Source of the DNA: Candidatus Saccharimonadota bacterium
GTDB lineage: Bacteria; Pseudomonadota; Gammaproteobacteria; Enterobacterales; Enterobacteriaceae
Direction: 5' to 3'
Length of the DNA: 32,000 nt
NCBI RefSeq assembly: GCF_004296515.1
Contig: NZ_AP018160.1
Coordinates: forward strand, 90,001-122,000
A model generated the notes under the pieces. It worked only from the letters and a program-made list of their open reading frames with translations. It was not told the origin of the DNA and ran no database searches. Shown here piece by piece: positions 29,012-32,000 of the stretch. The first letter of the stretch is position 1, and each line of letters opens with the position of its first letter. The position numbers and the translations under genes are program-made.

Positions 29012-30214
29012 TTATTTTTTATAAGTACTTATTATTAATTTTAATTTTTTTATAAAAGTATTTATATCTTCATAATTAGTATATAAAGCAAATGATATTC
29101 TACATACTCCTGATATATTATATCTATTCATTAATGGTATAGAACATTGATTTCCTGATCTTATTATAATATTATTTTTATTTAATAAAAAATTTATATC
29201 ATAACAATTAATATTTTTTATATTAAAAGATATAATAGGTGTTTTATTTATATTTCCATAAATAATTATATTAGGTATCTTATTTAATAAATTTATTGCA
29301 TAATTTGTTATATTTCTTTCCCATAAAATAATTTTATCTAAGTTAATTTTTTTTATAAATTCTATTGATTTTCTTATACTAAAAATTCCTGATATATCTA
29401 TAGATCCAGATTCAAATTTCCATGGACTATTTAAATATATAGGTTTATTTTTTTTAAAGTATTTTATTATTGATCCACCTAATTTATAAGGAGATATTTT
29501 TTTTAATAATTTTGATTTTCCATATAAAATACCTATTCCATAAGAACTATATATTTTATGACCAGAAAATATATAAAAATCACAATTTAATTTTTTAACA
29601 TCAATATTAATATGAGATATACTTTGTGATCCATCTATTAATATAATAGTATTCTCATTTATTGATTTTATTAATTTTATTATTTTTGTAATGGGATTTT
29701 GTATACCTAATACATTAGATACATGTGATATTGAAACTATTTTTGTTTTTTTATTTATAAATTTTTTTATAGAATTTAAATTTAATATTCCATTATTATA
29801 TATTTGTATAATATTTATTTTAATTTTTTTTATTTCAGAAATTTTATACCAAGGTAATATATTAGAATGATGTTCTATTATTGAAATTAATATATTATCA
29901 TTATAATCTAAAAATTCTAGTAATGAATTAGCTATTAAATTTATACTTTCTGTTGAACCAGTAGTAAAAACTATTTCATCATAATTAGAATTTATAAATT
30001 TAGATATATATTCTCTAGTATATTCTACATTTTTTTTATTATTAATAGATATTAAATCTATATTTCTATTATAAGATGAGTACTTATTTTTATAAAAATT
30101 TATTATTTCATTTATTACTGATATTGGTTTATATGTACTAGATGCATTATCTAAATATATATTATTATTATTTAACATTGGAAATTTAGATCTTATTTTA
30201 TTTATATCATACAT
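29012..30214 (-). CDS. sufS: Cysteine desulfurase, SufS/CsdA type (class V aminotransferase, group II)
   Basis: 400 aa. HHSNILPW, the PLP-lysine region SGHKIYSSYGIGILYG and the active-site Cys loop RSGNQCSIPLM (E. coli SufS RTGHHCAMPLM) are present. The C-terminal CRISFALYTNYEDIN matches CRASLAMYNTHEEVD. Confidence 0.87.
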   Translation of the reverse strand: MYDINKIRSKFPMLNNNNIYLDNASSTYKPISVINEIINFYKNKYSSYNRNIDLISINNKKNVEYTREYISKFINSNYDEIVFTTGSTESINLIANSLLEFLDYNDNILISIIEHHSNILPWYKISEIKKIKINIIQIYNNGILNLNSIKKFINKKTKIVSISHVSNVLGIQNPITKIIKLIKSINENTIILIDGSQSISHINIDVKKLNCDFYIFSGHKIYSSYGIGILYGKSKLLKKISPYKLGGSIIKYFKKNKPIYLNSPWKFESGSIDISGIFSIRKSIEFIKKINLDKIILWERNITNYAINLLNKIPNIIIYGNINKTPIISFNIKNINCYDINFLLNKNNIIIRSGNQCSIPLMNRYNISGVCRISFALYTNYEDINTFIKKLKLIISTYKK

Positions 30215-30218
30215 AAAT

Positions 30219-32000
30219 CTAATTTTTTATTATTATCTTAAATTTATTTTTTAATTTTAAAATATAAAAATTAACTATATTTTCTATATCAAAATATGTT
30301 AATGTTTTATATTTATCTTGTATATAAAATCTTATAGTAAAATTATTATTAATATTATCTTCTTTATAATAATCTATTAAATTTAGTTTTATAGTCTGAT
30401 TATTTTTTATATTATTCAAATAATTTATTATTTTATATATATTAATATTATTATTAATAGTTACAGATATATCTCTTTTATTAATTACAGTATTATAAAT
30501 TTTATTTATATTAGTATTTTTATTAATATTAATATTGTTTATATATATTTCAAAAAAAATAACGTTATTTTTTAATTTAAATATTTTTATAATATTATTA
30601 TTTATATATCCAAAATATCCTATTATTATATTTTCTTTTATATTTAATATTTTTAAACTTTGATTTAAATCAAATATATTATTTTTTTTATTTTTTACAA
30701 ATAAAAATTCATGTTTATTAAAAAAAAATAATAAAATATCTTCTACATTGCCTTTTATATCATAAAAATCAAATGATTCATTACTTTTAATTTTAAAAAA
30801 ATCATTTTTTTTATTACCATAAATTATTCCTGATAAAATTTCATTATTAACAATAATATTATTTAAATAATTAAAACAAAATCCATGTTCAAATATTTTA
30901 ATATTATTCTCCTGTCTATCTTCATTAAATTTAATTATATTTAATAAACCAATTAATAAAGATCTTCTAAACGAAGACATATTCTCTGATATTGGATTAA
31001 TTATATCTATTTGATTATTTTTATATATTAAATTTTGCTTGTTTTTATTAACTAAACTATATGATATTACTTCATTAAAACCATTGTAAATTAGAAATTT
31101 TTTTATTTTATATATAATTTTTTCTTTATTATTTAATTTATTTAAATATATATTGTTTAAATTATTATTTAAAACTGATTTTTTATATTTAGGTATTTTA
31201 TTGCATCCATATATTTTTATTATTTCTTCAAATAAATCTTCTTTTATATTTATATCAGATCTTGTTTTAGGTATCACTACTTTTAAAGTATTATTACTAT
31301 TTATAGAAAATTTAAATTTTAATTTATTTAAAATATTAATTATATTTTCATATTTTATTTTAAATCCTATAAATTTATATAATTTATATATATTTAAATT
31401 TATATATTTTTTTATATTAAATAAATTACTTTTACTTATATATGAATAGTTTATTTTATAAATATTAGATAATATTTTTATAAAATATTTTAATATTGAA
31501 TATATTAAATTATATTCAACTTCTATTTCATTATTTTCTACAAAATGATTTGTATTATTATATAAATTTTTATTTATATTTATAAATTTATAATTAAATG
31601 ATCCACAACCAATAAAAATATTATTATAATTATTTATATTTTTTTTTATATCTATTCCTGGTATATTTAATATTTCATTATTATTATTAAATACTGATAA
31701 TGTATTTCTATATATAAATACATTCTTATTATTTACTAAATAATAAGAATCATTGTTTGTTAATTTTATTATAATTTCATTATCATATATATCATATATA
31801 TTAAATATGTTTATTAAATATCCTGTTTCTAAAAATATATAATTAATTATATCATTAATATTATTATTAATTTTAAAATCACTATGAATTAACTTTTCTT
31901 TTATTTCTATCGGAGTATTATATTCTCCTTCTATTTTTTCTAAATAAAAACCACAATATTTAGAACAAATATTTTTATCTATTATATTTATAAAAAATTT
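30219..32000 (-). CDS. pheT: Phenylalanyl-tRNA synthetase beta subunit, 5'-truncated by the window edge
   Basis: My hand translation finds the minus-strand frame of the 30219-31277 ORF free of stop codons up to 32000. The upstream part reads CSKYCGFYLEKIEGEYNTPIEIKEKLIHSDFKINNNINDIINYIFLETGYLINIF (E. coli PheT [55 protein letters not shown]). It then reads IPKTRSDINIKEDLFEEIIKIYGCNKIP ([28 protein letters not shown]), and the C-terminal FDX-ACB-like domain is retained. Confidence 0.9.
   Translation of the reverse strand, partial: KFFINIIDKNICSKYCGFYLEKIEGEYNTPIEIKEKLIHSDFKINNNINDIINYIFLETGYLINIFNIYDIYDNEIIIKLTNNDSYYLVNNKNVFIYRNTLSVFNNNNEILNIPGIDIKKNINNYNNIFIGCGSFNYKFININKNLYNNTNHFVENNEIEVEYNLIYSILKYFIKILSNIYKINYSYISKSNLFNIKKYINLNIYKLYKFIGFKIKYENIINILNKLKFKFSINSNNTLKVVIPKTRSDINIKEDLFEEIIKIYGCNKIPKYKKSVLNNNLNNIYLNKLNNKEKIIYKIKKFLIYNGFNEVISYSLVNKNKQNLIYKNNQIDIINPISENMSSFRRSLLIGLLNIIKFNEDRQENNIKIFEHGFCFNYLNNIIVNNEILSGIIYGNKKNDFFKIKSNESFDFYDIKGNVEDILLFFFNKHEFLFVKNKKNNIFDLNQSLKILNIKENIIIGYFGYINNNIIKIFKLKNNVIFFEIYINNININKNTNINKIYNTVINKRDISVTINNNINIYKIINYLNNIKNNQTIKLNLIDYYKEDNINNNFTIRFYIQDKYKTLTYFDIENIVNFYILKLKNKFKIIIKN

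Noticed and set aside
31153-31449. 98-aa plus-strand ORF
   Set aside because: It lies antisense within the continuous pheT reading frame. The product is Phe/Ile/Leu-rich and low-complexity.
1-32000. Alternative genetic code (UGA read as Trp, as in some tiny endosymbiont genomes)
   Set aside because: All conserved genes are full-length under the standard code. TGA terminates rplD and rpsE at positions matching homolog lengths. Trp positions such as AHYRW in S7 and KKSSW in S14 use TGG.
1-32000. tRNA, rRNA, CRISPR arrays, IS elements, integrases, toxin-antitoxin or defence systems
   Set aside because: Essentially every base is accounted for by conserved core genes. The longest unassigned stretch is 96 bp. 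I saw no G+C-rich cloverleaf-like segments, no spaced direct-repeat arrays and no transposase- or integrase-like ORFs on either strand.

Overview
This window is extremely AT-rich (roughly 15% G+C by eye, not computed) and has almost no spacers. It reads as the core information-processing region of a tiny-genome gammaproteobacterial endosymbiont. The degree of reduction resembles Carsonella, Nardonella or Stammera, but the organism cannot be named without a database search. Positions 1-25750 form one co-linear plus-strand supercluster: the nusG 3' end, rplK, rplJ, rplL, rpoB, rpoC, rpsL, rpsG and fusA, followed by the fused S10-spc-alpha operons from rpsJ to rplQ. That block includes secY and two small genes missing from the ORF track, rpmC (17168-17341) and rpmJ (22873-22986). 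Downstream lie fmt and def (-), aroE (+), an mscS-type channel (+), sufS (-) and pheT (-, open to the window edge). The genetic code is standard: TGA is a stop and TGG encodes Trp. I corrected three ORF-track starts (fusA, rpsD, aroE) and the pheT extent. I can support no rRNA, tRNA, CRISPR, IS/transposon, prophage or defence-type genes, and I do not see a novel accessory system. This is an ordinary but radically streamlined core region. The points worth a second look are: genes absent from deeply conserved positions (rplA, tuf, rpmD); loss of the space where ribosomal-protein autoregulatory leaders normally sit; a perfect A/T hairpin plus tandem 11-mer between rpoC and rpsL; a TGnTATAAT motif upstream of rpsJ; seven homopolymer tracts of 10 nt or more inside essential genes; scarce Shine-Dalgarno motifs; terminator-free convergent gene ends; an extended S13 tail; and retention of an MscS channel and an orphan SufS in a genome that has discarded much else.
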